Of a DNA stretch of 64,000 nucleotides, positions 38,242 to 50,237 are shown one piece after another; positions within the stretch are counted from its first letter, which is position 1, and each line of letters starts with the position of its first letter. This DNA comes from an uncultured Verrucomicrobiae bacterium. GTDB taxonomy: Bacteria > Verrucomicrobiota > Verrucomicrobiia > Palsa-1439. The notes under the pieces are model-generated. The model was not told the DNA's origin, made no database searches, and worked only from the letters and a program-made list of their open reading frames with translations. The translations under genes were made by a program, and so were the position numbers. The stretch is taken from the NCBI GenBank assembly GCA_963812605.1, contig CAWEWF010000004.1:32001-96000 (forward strand). The letters are read 5' to 3'.

Positions 38242-38337
38242 GGCCAAATCGTCGCCCGCACCACCCCGAGCGAAACCGTCCTGTGTCCGAAGGGCTGGAA
38301 GAAGGAAGTGATTACGTTCGCCCCGGCACATCGGTAG
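38242..38337 (+). pseudogene. Diverged copy of the codA 3' end
   Basis: GQIVARTTPSETVLCPKGWKKEVI(TFAPAHR*) versus 37748-37840. Confidence 0.95.
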
Positions 38338-38360
38338 GGCGAGCGTCCCGCTTGCCGTCA
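38334..38360. repeat. REP GTAGGGCGAGCGTCCCGCTTGCCGTCA overlapping the remnant stop
   Basis: Near-identical to 3936-3962. Confidence 0.8.
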
Positions 38361-38373
38361 CGGATTACCGCAG

Positions 38374-38607
38374 ATGAATTTCGAATTATTAAGCGAGATT
38401 GCGGAAATCGAAACGATTGCCCGAGGATCGGGCATCCGTGACCTTCCCCGTCTGCGCCGCCTCTACGGACCAGGAAACTGGCGGAAACTCAAGGGCGTTG
38501 CTCGCATTCGTCTAGCCAGCGGGAGGATTAGAATCGCCTAGTTGCATTGGTATGAAGCTCATGGTACTGGTAAAAAGGAAATGAAGCGAAAACGCTACCG
38601 GGACTGA
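38374..38607 (+). pseudogene. Small conserved-looking protein with in-frame TAG at 38539
   Basis: MNFELLSEIAEIETIARG...WRKLKGVA...IA*LHWYEAHGTGKKE. Confidence 0.65.
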
Positions 38608-38610
38608 AGC

Positions 38611-38841
38611 ATGCCCAAACGACCGCACATGAAACCTGAGTTCGTTATTTGCATCAATAACGAAGGCTATCCTGCGTCGTTGGAGTTGCACAAAGTTTAC
38701 CGCGTGATTCCCGATGCGGAGGCCGCTGCCGACGACGATATTCGGGTCGTGGACGAATCCGGCGAAGACTACTTGTATCCCGCTTCGTTTTTTGTCCTGA
38801 TCCAAGTCCCGGCCCCTGTGGAACGCGCCCTGTCGGCATGA
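38611..38841 (+). CDS. Small hypothetical protein
   Basis: CINNEGYPASLE..KVY...IRVVDESGEDYLYP; 3 nt after the previous ORF. Confidence 0.75.
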   Translation: MPKRPHMKPEFVICINNEGYPASLELHKVYRVIPDAEAAADDDIRVVDESGEDYLYPASFFVLIQVPAPVERALSA

Positions 38842-38956
38842 GCGGCCGAATCATCCCCGCCGTTCACCGAATGAGAGTGTCCTCTGGGTGAAGGGTGAAA
38901 GAGCGGAATGATCGGCTTTGATTGAAGTTGTGAATGACAATTGAGGGGTATCGCCG

Positions 38957-39487
38957 ATGAAATTCTCGACGCCTCCGTCCAAGACAGTGCCCTTCTATGC
39001 ACACCCGACCTTGGTGATACTTGTATCGACCATAGGGCTAATCTCTGGCATTCTCGCCGTATACACAGTTCGATTGGCCTCACAACTGTCAAGCCTGCCC
39101 TTGGGTGATCTAGGATGGCTTGGTCGGCTGTTTGAAATCGTCTGGTCCCCGCGTGCTCCTTGGGTGTCCTTCGCTGTCGGAATTGCTGTTGGCTTGGTCA
39201 TTATATCAGTGCAAAAACGCTTGTTGCGCTCTCATATCCTCTTCTATGCCGACTTTTTCACGATGCCCCTCTTGGAGCGGCTTCGTTGGGATGTGCTGAG
39301 CACCAATCTTACGGCGTGCCTACCGACGGTGGTCGGTCCATTGGTGGCGGCAGGCGTAGCCTGCGCCTTACAAATCAGCCCTTGGCCCGCTTTTTTCGGT
39401 CCAAGCATCTGTTCCTTTCTCGTCTACCCCGAGCAGAAGTTGATCTACGAAGCGACCAAGTCGCGCCTCGTATCACAAGAGGCATGA
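38957..39487 (+). CDS. Hypothetical membrane protein
   Basis: Several TM segments; lower GC. Confidence 0.55.
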   Translation: MKFSTPPSKTVPFYAHPTLVILVSTIGLISGILAVYTVRLASQLSSLPLGDLGWLGRLFEIVWSPRAPWVSFAVGIAVGLVIISVQKRLLRSHILFYADFFTMPLLERLRWDVLSTNLTACLPTVVGPLVAAGVACALQISPWPAFFGPSICSFLVYPEQKLIYEATKSRLVSQEA

Positions 39488-39489
39488 AC

Positions 39490-39575
39490 ATGAAACTCCG
39501 CTACTCGACCACATCGATTTCCGCGTGCGCAATGTCGCGCGGGCAGGGAAGTTTTATGTGCCGCTGCTTGCCGTA
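39490..39575 (+). pseudogene. Truncated VOC/glyoxalase-family 5' fragment
   Basis: LLDHIDFRVRNVARAGKFYVPLL then ends. Confidence 0.5.
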
Positions 39576-39580
39576 TTTGC

Positions 39581-40492
39581 CTAATCCGGCGTGATGCGCC
39601 TGGCGCTGGGCAGGGGGGCGGCGTAGCCGCTCGTTAGGAACGCGCGCACTTCGGAGTCCAACACGAACGGCGGATCCAGTTTCGGGTCGCGTTCGGGCAA
39701 CAGCGTGTCCACGCCCAAGCCCTCGTCGCGCAACGCCTGGCCGTAGCTGAGCGGGTCCGCAGGGTCTTTCACCTTCAGGTTCATCGCCCGCGCGCACGTC
39801 ACGTAGACATTGTCCACGGTCACGCATGTGCCGAGGTGCCAGCCACCGAGCGGTCCGATGGCGAGCTTCGTCAATGCCTTGAGGCAATCTTCCGGCGTCG
39901 CTTGGGGATCGAGTTTCAAATCCATTGCGCGCGTCAACAAGGCGGCGAACTGCTCGTGATGCAGGCAGGTCTGCCCGGTGCGCTCGACAAATCGTCGCTT
40001 GACCGGTGCTAACGGTGACCGCGGGATGATTTTAATATCGGTCGTGATCGGAGCGTTTGTTGCGACCGGCGGAATTTCTTGCGGAGGTGTGGCCGGGAGA
40101 GCGAGACTGGCGGCGCATCCTTGGGCTTCGAGGAGTAATTTCTCCGCGCGCTCGCAGGAAATCCTCACGTTGCCGAGGTAGTCCACCGCTTTGTCCGGGT
40201 CCGCCGCTCGAATGGCTTTCTGGGTGTCTCGCTGGGCCTCCTCCGTCAATTCGAGCAAACCTTTGATCTTCAGCGCGCGCGAGTGGACGCAATCCGCCAG
40301 CGCGGCCTGTTCCGGCGGTATTTTTTCCTCCAACCGGGACGCCTCGTCATAGATTTCGCGCAAACGATGCACGCAGGCGTCGGATTGCTGCAGCGGCTCG
40401 GGATTATTCGTCGGCGACTCAGCGCGTCCCGGCCGAATGCCGAGCAGGATCGCGAGCGCGATCACCCACGTCCCTTGGAACCTTTGCCGCAT
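39581..40492 (-). CDS. Secreted hypothetical protein
   Basis: Signal peptide, helical N-domain, good coding pattern. Confidence 0.65.
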   Translation of the reverse strand: MRQRFQGTWVIALAILLGIRPGRAESPTNNPEPLQQSDACVHRLREIYDEASRLEEKIPPEQAALADCVHSRALKIKGLLELTEEAQRDTQKAIRAADPDKAVDYLGNVRISCERAEKLLLEAQGCAASLALPATPPQEIPPVATNAPITTDIKIIPRSPLAPVKRRFVERTGQTCLHHEQFAALLTRAMDLKLDPQATPEDCLKALTKLAIGPLGGWHLGTCVTVDNVYVTCARAMNLKVKDPADPLSYGQALRDEGLGVDTLLPERDPKLDPPFVLDSEVRAFLTSGYAAPLPSARRITPD

Positions 40493-40654
40493 GGGTTCGC
40501 AGTGTACCCGGGGCGATGAAAAGCGCAAGCTGCTCGTATCCCCGCGACGTTTTGTCCAAAGAAGTTTGAATACGCCCGCGCCCGTTATGTCTAACTGGCA
40601 AACCGAACCCACGGCCTTTTTCGTTGTAACCTGCGGGAGGCGTTCCTATACTTC

Positions 40655-41512
40655 ATGCAACACAGCTTTGTGAAGAGACTTACGGCAATTCTTGGACTGT
40701 TTCTCGTTCTGTCCGGCGCGGCGCGCGCGGATGGCGACGAGGCGATCCCCTTTTCCGTCGGCGAAAAGCTTACCTACCAGATTTTTTGGGGGCCGTTCGT
40801 CGTCGGGCGCGCCACGCTGGAAGTGGCGGGCATCGAGCCGGTGGACGGTCACGACTGCTATCATCTCGTTGCGAAGGCGAGGACCAGCGGGTTGGCCGAA
40901 TTGCTGTTCTCGGTCGATAGCACCGCCGAGAGCTGGCTCGACCGCGACGGACTGTTCACCCGCCAGTATCATGAAGACCGCACGGAGGGCAAGCACCACC
41001 GCAATAACTACACGCACTTCAATTACGCGGCCAAGGAAACGGTCACCAAGAACCAGGTCAACGGTCGTGAGCACCATACCCCGCTTGATCAGCACGTGCT
41101 CGACGTGGTCTCGTCGCTGTACTACGTGCGCACGCAAAAACTGATGCTCGACTCCGAGCAGTCGTTCATGATCAACGCCGGCGACACGAACTATAACGTC
41201 ACCATCCGCCCCGATATGCGCAAGACAATGTGGGTGCGCCCGGTGGGCGATATCCAGGCGCTACGGATCGAGCCGACGCCGACGCTGAACATCATTTCCG
41301 CCAACAACGGCCACATGTGGTTCTGGGTCAGCGACGACGTGCGTCGCCTGCCGCTGTTGGTCAACTCCGAGTTGAAACTCGGCACTGCGAAGTTGGTGCT
41401 CTTCAGCATCACCCCGGGCAAACCTTCGTCGGGGACGACCAACAAACCCATCGACTCGGTCAAGTCCGCGCCGTTGGGCACGGCTGGCGGCGCCCTCATG
41501 TCGGAACGTTGA
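40655..41512 (+). CDS. DUF3108-domain protein
   Basis: PFSVGEKLTY...VGRATL...LYYVR...WVSDD.RRLP. Confidence 0.8.
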   Translation: MQHSFVKRLTAILGLFLVLSGAARADGDEAIPFSVGEKLTYQIFWGPFVVGRATLEVAGIEPVDGHDCYHLVAKARTSGLAELLFSVDSTAESWLDRDGLFTRQYHEDRTEGKHHRNNYTHFNYAAKETVTKNQVNGREHHTPLDQHVLDVVSSLYYVRTQKLMLDSEQSFMINAGDTNYNVTIRPDMRKTMWVRPVGDIQALRIEPTPTLNIISANNGHMWFWVSDDVRRLPLLVNSELKLGTAKLVLFSITPGKPSSGTTNKPIDSVKSAPLGTAGGALMSER

Positions 41513-41513
41513 C

Positions 41514-42458
41514 ATGGAATTTCCCCCGCTCGACTTCGATCGCATCCGCACCTACCCGATTCGCGAACGACCGAACAAAGTCCATCTCGACGAACTGGCG
41601 CGCGTCTGGAAAGCCGGCGGCAGTTTCGCGCAGTTCCTGGACTCGCTGCCGCACATCCTCGTGGGCAACGATTTCCGCGCGATCGTTGACGCGACCGTCA
41701 CGGCGGTCCGCAACCGGCGGCCCGTTGTGGTGATGATGGGCGCGCACACCATCAAATGCGGCCTCAACCCGATTTTCATCGACCTCATCCAACGCGGCAT
41801 CGTCTCGGCCATCGCTTTCAACGGCGCGGGCGCCATCCATGATTTCGAATTCGCCTACATCGGCGAGACCAGCGAAGACGTCCAGCGCGGCCTTGACGAC
41901 GGCAGTTTCGGCATGATCGATGAAACGGGGCGGCTGATGAACCAGGCGCTTGCCGCCGGGGTAAAACAGGGCCTTGGCGCGGGCCGCGCGCTCGGCGAGG
42001 CCATCGTCACCGGGCAATTCCGCAATCGCGAGTTCAGCATCCTGCACCAGAGCGTCGTCAGCAACATTCCCGCCACGGTCCATATCGCCATTGGCACGGA
42101 CATCATCCATCAGCACCCGACCGCGGACGGCAGCGTTCTCGGGGAATCGACATACCTCGACTTCCAGAAGTTCGCCGCCGTCGTCGCCCAACTCGAGGGC
42201 GGCATCGTGCTGAATATCGGCTCCGCGGTGATCATGCCCGAGGTCTTCCTCAAAGCGCTCACCATCGCCCGCAATCTCGGCCACACCGTTGAGAATTTCA
42301 CCGCCGTCACGTTCGACATGATCCGCCACTATCGCCCCGCCGAGAACGTCGTCCGTCGCCCCACCCACAAGGGCGGCCATGGCTACTACATCGTCGGCCA
42401 TCACGAATTGCTCGTTCCATTATGGGCGGCAGCGGTGGTGGAGGAACGCGGTGAGTAG
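41514..42458 (+). CDS. Conserved hypothetical protein (deoxyhypusine-synthase-like fold)
   Basis: MGAHTIKCGL, NGAGAIHDFE, TVHIAIGTDI, GSAVIMPEVFLK and GHHE motifs. Confidence 0.75.
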   Translation: MEFPPLDFDRIRTYPIRERPNKVHLDELARVWKAGGSFAQFLDSLPHILVGNDFRAIVDATVTAVRNRRPVVVMMGAHTIKCGLNPIFIDLIQRGIVSAIAFNGAGAIHDFEFAYIGETSEDVQRGLDDGSFGMIDETGRLMNQALAAGVKQGLGAGRALGEAIVTGQFRNREFSILHQSVVSNIPATVHIAIGTDIIHQHPTADGSVLGESTYLDFQKFAAVVAQLEGGIVLNIGSAVIMPEVFLKALTIARNLGHTVENFTAVTFDMIRHYRPAENVVRRPTHKGGHGYYIVGHHELLVPLWAAAVVEERGE

Positions 42459-42486
42459 CCAGCAACCAGTAACCAAGTAGCCAAGG
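42453..42486. repeat. Left array of AGTARCC(A) units
   Basis: AGTAGCC AGCAACC AGTAACCA AGTAGCCA. Confidence 0.75.
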
Positions 42487-42496
42487 GAACGACCCG

Positions 42497-42853
42497 ATGT
42501 CCACGATACGAACTTTTCGGGATCCGACTGTGTGGCAAAAGGCTCATCAGTTCGCGTTGGTGATTTATCGTCTCACGCGGACCTTTCCCAATGACGAGAA
42601 GTTCGGCTTGACCTCCCAGATGCGGCGTGCGGCGGTTTCGACCGCAGCCAACATCGCAGAAGGCTCCGTCCGTTTTGGCAAACAGGGCAAGCTTCGTTTT
42701 TATAATATCGCCCAAGGATCGCTCGAGGAAGCGAAGTATTACTTGATACTCGCAAGAGACCTCGGCTATACGAAGAACATCGCGGAAGAGGGTAAACTGG
42801 CGGGTGATGTTGGTCGCCTGCTGCATGCCCTCATGGTTTCGATCAAGCAATGA
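42497..42853 (+). CDS. Four-helix-bundle protein (23S rRNA IVP / Avd-like family)
   Basis: VWQKAH...IY.LT..FP..EKFGLTSQMRRAAVS..ANIAEG...IAQGSLEE. Confidence 0.92.
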   Translation: MSTIRTFRDPTVWQKAHQFALVIYRLTRTFPNDEKFGLTSQMRRAAVSTAANIAEGSVRFGKQGKLRFYNIAQGSLEEAKYYLILARDLGYTKNIAEEGKLAGDVGRLLHALMVSIKQ

Positions 42854-42861
42854 ACCGAATC

Positions 42862-42894
42862 CTCGGCTACTGGCTACTCGGTTACTTGGCTACT
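42862..42894. repeat. Right array, inverted relative to the left
   Basis: GGCTACT GGCTACT CGGTTACT TGGCTACT. Confidence 0.75.
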
Positions 42895-42902
42895 TGACCC
42901 CC

Positions 42903-43920
42903 ATGCAAACTCTCTCCACAAAACGTCTCGACAAAATCCTTTCTCGCTTTCCCCGCCAACGCATTCTTGTCGTCGGCGATGTGATGCTTGATCAATTTCT
43001 TTGGGGCAAGGTGTCGCGCATCTCGCCCGAGGCTCCGGTGCCTGTAGTGGAGATCACCCGGGAATCGTTCTTTCCCGGCGGCGCGGCGAACGTCGCCCGC
43101 AATCTGCGCGCGCTCGACTCGTCGGTCAGTCTGCTCGGCGTGCTCGGGGACGATGACGCGGGCGCGGAGTTGCGCGGCCTGCTCGACCAGCAGGGCGTCG
43201 ATACCGCCGGCCTGATTGTGGACCCCAACCGACCCACGACGGTCAAGACGCGCATCGTCGCCCACCACCAGCAAATGGTTCGCTTCGACCGCGAACAATG
43301 TCTTGGGCTATCATCTGCGCTGGAGCGCAAGGTCTTGGAAAGCTTCGAGTCACATCTGAAAAACGTTCTCGGCGGTCATCTTCGAGGACTACGCCAAAGG
43401 CGTTTTGTCGCAAAAGCTGCTCAACGTCCTGCAACGACGGGCGCACCGAGCGCGCAAGATTACGGCGGCGGACCCGAATTCGCGTCAGCGGCTCCATTAC
43501 TCCGGGCTCACCGTGGTCACGCCGAACCGCAGCGAGGCATTCGCGGCAGCCGGCCTGCCGTACGTCGAGCCGGACACCGAGGTGCTGCGCGATGAAGCGC
43601 TGCTGCGCGTGGGGCAAAAATTATTGCGCACCTGGAAACCGCGCAACCTGCTGGTCACGCTCGGCGAACACGGCGTCTGCCTGTTTCGTCCCGGCAAAAA
43701 GCCGCATCACATCCCGACGGTCGCGCAGGAGGTGTTCGACGTGTCGGGCGCCGGCGACACGGTGATTGCGACGCTCGTGCTCGCGTTGGCCGCCGGGGCC
43801 GATCCGATTGAAGCGGCGGAAATCTCCAACCACGCCGCCGGCATCGTCGTCGGCAAAGTCGGCACCGCCACCTGCTCGCCGGATGAACTAGTGGAAAGCT
43901 TCGAGAGAGAGCGGCGCTAG
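42903..43920 (+). CDS. rfaE1: D-glycero-beta-D-manno-heptose-7-phosphate kinase (frameshift near 43365)
   Basis: VVGDVMLD, RISPEAPVP, GGAANVA and DVSGAGDT motifs. Confidence 0.9.
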
Positions 43921-43931
43921 AGCCGGCCCGC

Positions 43932-44548
43932 TTACTTGCAGACCACTTCCTGGTCGAGCTTGAGGCGCTCGAGTTCGGGCTTCACGATCTTGTCGCGGCA
44001 ATCGGGGCAGATGCCGTGGGTGAACTGCGCCTCGGAGTGGTCGGCCACGTAGGTGTCCACCTGCTGCCAGTAGTTTTTGTCGTCGCGGATTTTTTTGCAG
44101 TAGCAACAAATCGGCAACAATCCCTGCAACAGCTTGACATTGGCGAGCGCGAGTTCGAGTTCCTTCACGCGCGCGGCCAGTTCGGCTTGCAGGCGGAGGA
44201 TGCGTTCGCCGGCGTTGATGCGCGCCTTCAACTCGGCGCGGTCAAACGGCTTGATCACGTAATCGTCCGCGCCCGCCGTGAGGCCCTGGACAATGTCTTC
44301 CTTGCGGCCCTTGGCGGTGAGCAAAATCATGTAGAGGAGCCGTTCACCGGCCAACTCGCGAGCTTTAACACAGACCTGCGAGCCATCGAGGCCCGGCATC
44401 ATCCAGTCCAGGATTGCCAGCGAAGGCGCATCGGCCTGGCTCAGGGCTTCGAGGGCCTGCAAGCCATCGGTGGTCACGACAACCTCATACCCCCACTTGG
44501 CAAGGGTCGCCTCCAAGAGGTGGCGTGACACCGCGTCGTCTTCCGCAA

Positions 44549-44561
<13 letters not shown>
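43932..44561 (-). CDS. Response regulator with C-terminal Cys-rich (CxxC...HGxCxxC) module
   Basis: REC domain; [13 protein letters not shown]...FTHGICPDC. Confidence 0.9.
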
Positions 44562-47257
<2,696 letters not shown>

Positions 47258-47545
47258 CGTCAAAATCCCTGGCGGTCCGCTTCGCCGCCACAATAATCCA
47301 AGGGCTGGTTCATCCCCCCAAAGTCAAGCAGCACCAATGCCACACAATGGCTGGCGCGGTCTTTCAAGCGAAATCCTGCGGATTCCAAGCGGGTTCGTCT
47401 CGCCAGATTTGGGAGACCGCGTTGCTGGTGCGTACAATCCTGAACGAGCAGACCGGGATTCCCAGAAAAGCGGCCATGCGCGCGGGTGGCCGACCGTGGC
47501 GCCAGCCGGACCGCTGATGACTCTCCCGGGTCTTCTTCCATGGCG

Positions 47546-47965
47546 CTACGCCACGGACACGTTGTTCGTGGTTCTGCTCGGACGCGCCAGATGTCGATCA
47601 ATACATTCGATGACTTTTCCAATGCTGGCGGGCTTCGAGAGGAATTCATATCCCCCGCGCTGGACGGTCTTGCTGGCTTCCTGCCCGGAGACGAGTGATG
47701 TAAGAAAAATGATCGGTGTTGAGCGCAGGGACGGATCATCGTGAATCTGGAAAGCAACGTCGCCTCCATCCGCCCCGGGCATGCACACATCAAGCAGAAT
47801 CAAATCGGGATGAAACTCGCGCGCCCGGCCAAAGGCGTGGGTCGCGCTGTTCTCAACTTTCACCTCGAATGCACCGGTTTTTTCCAGTCCCAAACCGAGC
47901 AACCGGCTGGCCGCCATATCGTCGTCCACGATTAAAATCTTCGTCTTGCGCATAAAACTGCCCAT
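47546..47965 (-). CDS. Single-domain response regulator
   Basis: ILIVDDD, PDLILLDVCMP and FLSKP motifs. Confidence 0.9.
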   Translation of the reverse strand: MGSFMRKTKILIVDDDMAASRLLGLGLEKTGAFEVKVENSATHAFGRAREFHPDLILLDVCMPGADGGDVAFQIHDDPSLRSTPIIFLTSLVSGQEASKTVQRGGYEFLSKPASIGKVIECIDRHLARPSRTTNNVSVA

Positions 47966-48005
47966 CCCTTCCTCAACGCCTGCTTTTAAGCAGTTTACGT
48001 TCCAT

Positions 48006-50237
48006 CTAGGAACCGCTGGCGGGGGCTTGGTTCAATTGCTGCACCTTTGGAGGCAGGGCCAAAACCCTCGCAATCGCCTGGTGTAAAGCCATCTGCGTGA
48101 TTGGTTTGCGCAGGACGAGATCAGGGCGGCGCTTTGCTTCGATGTCGTCCATCGGCATGTCGGCAAAACCGGTGACCATAACCACCGGTGTACCGGGGGA
48201 AACCAGCTTGATAGCCTCCGTCATTTGGTCTCCGTTCATTTCGGGCATCGCGCGGTCCGCGACAACAACGTCGAAATGGCCGCCCTTGAATTGCTTCAGG
48301 CCCTGATACCCATCCAGCGCGGTCTCGACAAAGTGCCCATCGCCCCGCAAGTACTCCGCCTGGATATCACAGACCTGCGGTTCATCCTCGACCAACAGAA
48401 CCCGCAACGGACGCCATGGCGCGGCGGTCGTTGGCGGCACGTCGCCGCTCTCGAACGTCAACGCCGGCAAGCGAACAACAACGACCGTTCCCTTCCCCTC
48501 CTGACTCTCGATGTTGATCGTGCCGCCATGGCGCTGCACGATCCCGTACACAATCGCCAGGCCCAGTCCCGTGCCGCGCTCACCCTTGGTCGTGAAGAAC
48601 GGTTCGAAACAGCGTTGCCGGACCTCCTCGGTCATCCCACGCCCCGTGTCGCGGACTTCGGCGACGATGGAGTCGCTTTCGGCGCGCGTGCCGATCGTAA
48701 CCAGGCCGCCTTGTGGCATGGCGTCGACCGCGTTGAAGAGCAAGTTGACGAACACCTCGCGCAGATCCGACTCGCTGCCGCGGATGGCCAGCACATCGCG
48801 CAGGTCCGTGTCGATCACCACGGTCGCGCCGCTGGCCATCATCTGGTCCTTCCACTTGGGTTGCGTGAGGACGACCGCTTGCGCGATGGTTTCGTTAAGG
48901 TCCATGGATTGGTAAACGTCCGACTCTTTGCGATGACGGTAGAATTCGCGGAGGCGATTGACGATGCTGACGGCCTCCTGCGCGGCGGCGCTGGTCATTT
49001 GGAGATACTTTTTGACCTTTTCCTTGTCGTTGAGGTTTTCGGGCCACGCCAGGAGCAGTTCATTAAATCCGAGGATCTTGGCGAGAACATTGTTGAAATC
49101 GTGCGCGACACCGCTGGCCATCTGCGCGAGGGCCCGCAACCGTTCCTGCTGGACAACCTGTTTCTGTGTTTCGCGAAGTTCCGCCACGGTGCTGCCGAGT
49201 TCCCGCGTGCTTTCGCGGAGAGATTGCTCTGTTCGCTTGCGCGCGGTGATATCGTGCATGGTGAGCATCAATACGTCCCCCTTGGGACAGTGGACGAGAT
49301 CCGCGCGTCCTTCACAGAAAAGTTCACTGCCATCCGGGTGCCGGAGGAGAACCTCGCGGTTGGGTTCGCTGGCCATGGGCGTGGTGATGTCCGCCGGCAC
49401 GGACATCGGCGGCAGACGGTCACAGAACTCCAAAAGCGCTCTCCCCACCAGTTCCTCCGCCTTCCGTCCGCTCAAGCGTGACGCGGTGCGGTTGGCTTCC
49501 AACACCTGGAGCTTTTTGGAATCGAGCAGAAAGATTGCGTCACCGGATGAGTCGAACAGGGCGTGGTAATCAACCTCGGAGGCGTGCGCGCTGTCCTCGA
49601 CGACCATCCCCACCACAATGAGCAGCGCCAGGATGGCCGAGGTCAAATACGCTCCCGCCATCAGGACTTGGGAACCGCTGGCCAGGGGAAAACCGAGCAG
49701 GTGGACTCCCCAGAGCAGGAATCCAACCCCGAGAATGACGCTCCCGCGAGACCGTCGGCGGGTCCGCATGTAGAGGATCCCTGTGTACACGCCGGCGCCT
49801 GCCAGGAGGAGGAACACCGGGAGTGTAATCCAGCGTTCATCCTGGACTCGATAAGCGCCGACGTAGCTCCAGATCACCATCATTACGCTTCCCAGTGCGA
49901 TTTCGCGCTGGTCGCGCTTGGATTTTGTGAGCTGGAAGCTGCCCCAGAACATGAACAGCGCGCTAATGCCGATGCAGGCCCGCGAGACCATCACCAGCAG
50001 CGCCGTATGCGGAGATTCCTCCAGTCCGATCGATGCGGCGAGGTACACGGAATAGAACATCCACCCAACGGTCCAAAGGCTGAGATGCGGCCGTCGTGTC
50101 GAGTAATTCATGTAGGTGAACAACCCGATCACCATCCACACGCTGATCAATGCCAGCACGAGCGCCGACTTGATCCATTCCGGTGGGAAGAAGAGCAGGG
50201 ACTGATCGAGAAAACCGAGGTTGAGCGCGTTGTTCAT
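48006..50237 (-). CDS. Membrane (7TM)-PAS hybrid histidine kinase
   Basis: TM N-domain, [15 protein letters not shown] and REC domain. Confidence 0.93.
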   Translation of the reverse strand: MNNALNLGFLDQSLLFFPPEWIKSALVLALISVWMVIGLFTYMNYSTRRPHLSLWTVGWMFYSVYLAASIGLEESPHTALLVMVSRACIGISALFMFWGSFQLTKSKRDQREIALGSVMMVIWSYVGAYRVQDERWITLPVFLLLAGAGVYTGILYMRTRRRSRGSVILGVGFLLWGVHLLGFPLASGSQVLMAGAYLTSAILALLIVVGMVVEDSAHASEVDYHALFDSSGDAIFLLDSKKLQVLEANRTASRLSGRKAEELVGRALLEFCDRLPPMSVPADITTPMASEPNREVLLRHPDGSELFCEGRADLVHCPKGDVLMLTMHDITARKRTEQSLRESTRELGSTVAELRETQKQVVQQERLRALAQMASGVAHDFNNVLAKILGFNELLLAWPENLNDKEKVKKYLQMTSAAAQEAVSIVNRLREFYRHRKESDVYQSMDLNETIAQAVVLTQPKWKDQMMASGATVVIDTDLRDVLAIRGSESDLREVFVNLLFNAVDAMPQGGLVTIGTRAESDSIVAEVRDTGRGMTEEVRQRCFEPFFTTKGERGTGLGLAIVYGIVQRHGGTINIESQEGKGTVVVVRLPALTFESGDVPPTTAAPWRPLRVLLVEDEPQVCDIQAEYLRGDGHFVETALDGYQGLKQFKGGHFDVVVADRAMPEMNGDQMTEAIKLVSPGTPVVMVTGFADMPMDDIEAKRRPDLVLRKPITQMALHQAIARVLALPPKVQQLNQAPASGS

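Noticed and set aside
38539-38541. Amber recoding (pyrrolysine or alternative code)
   Set aside because: TAG is used as a normal stop throughout the window; this is a single case.
38842-38870. Possible additional codA remnant (GCGGCCGAATCATC; 14-nt match to the codA 5' region)
   Set aside because: Too short and of mixed origin to support.
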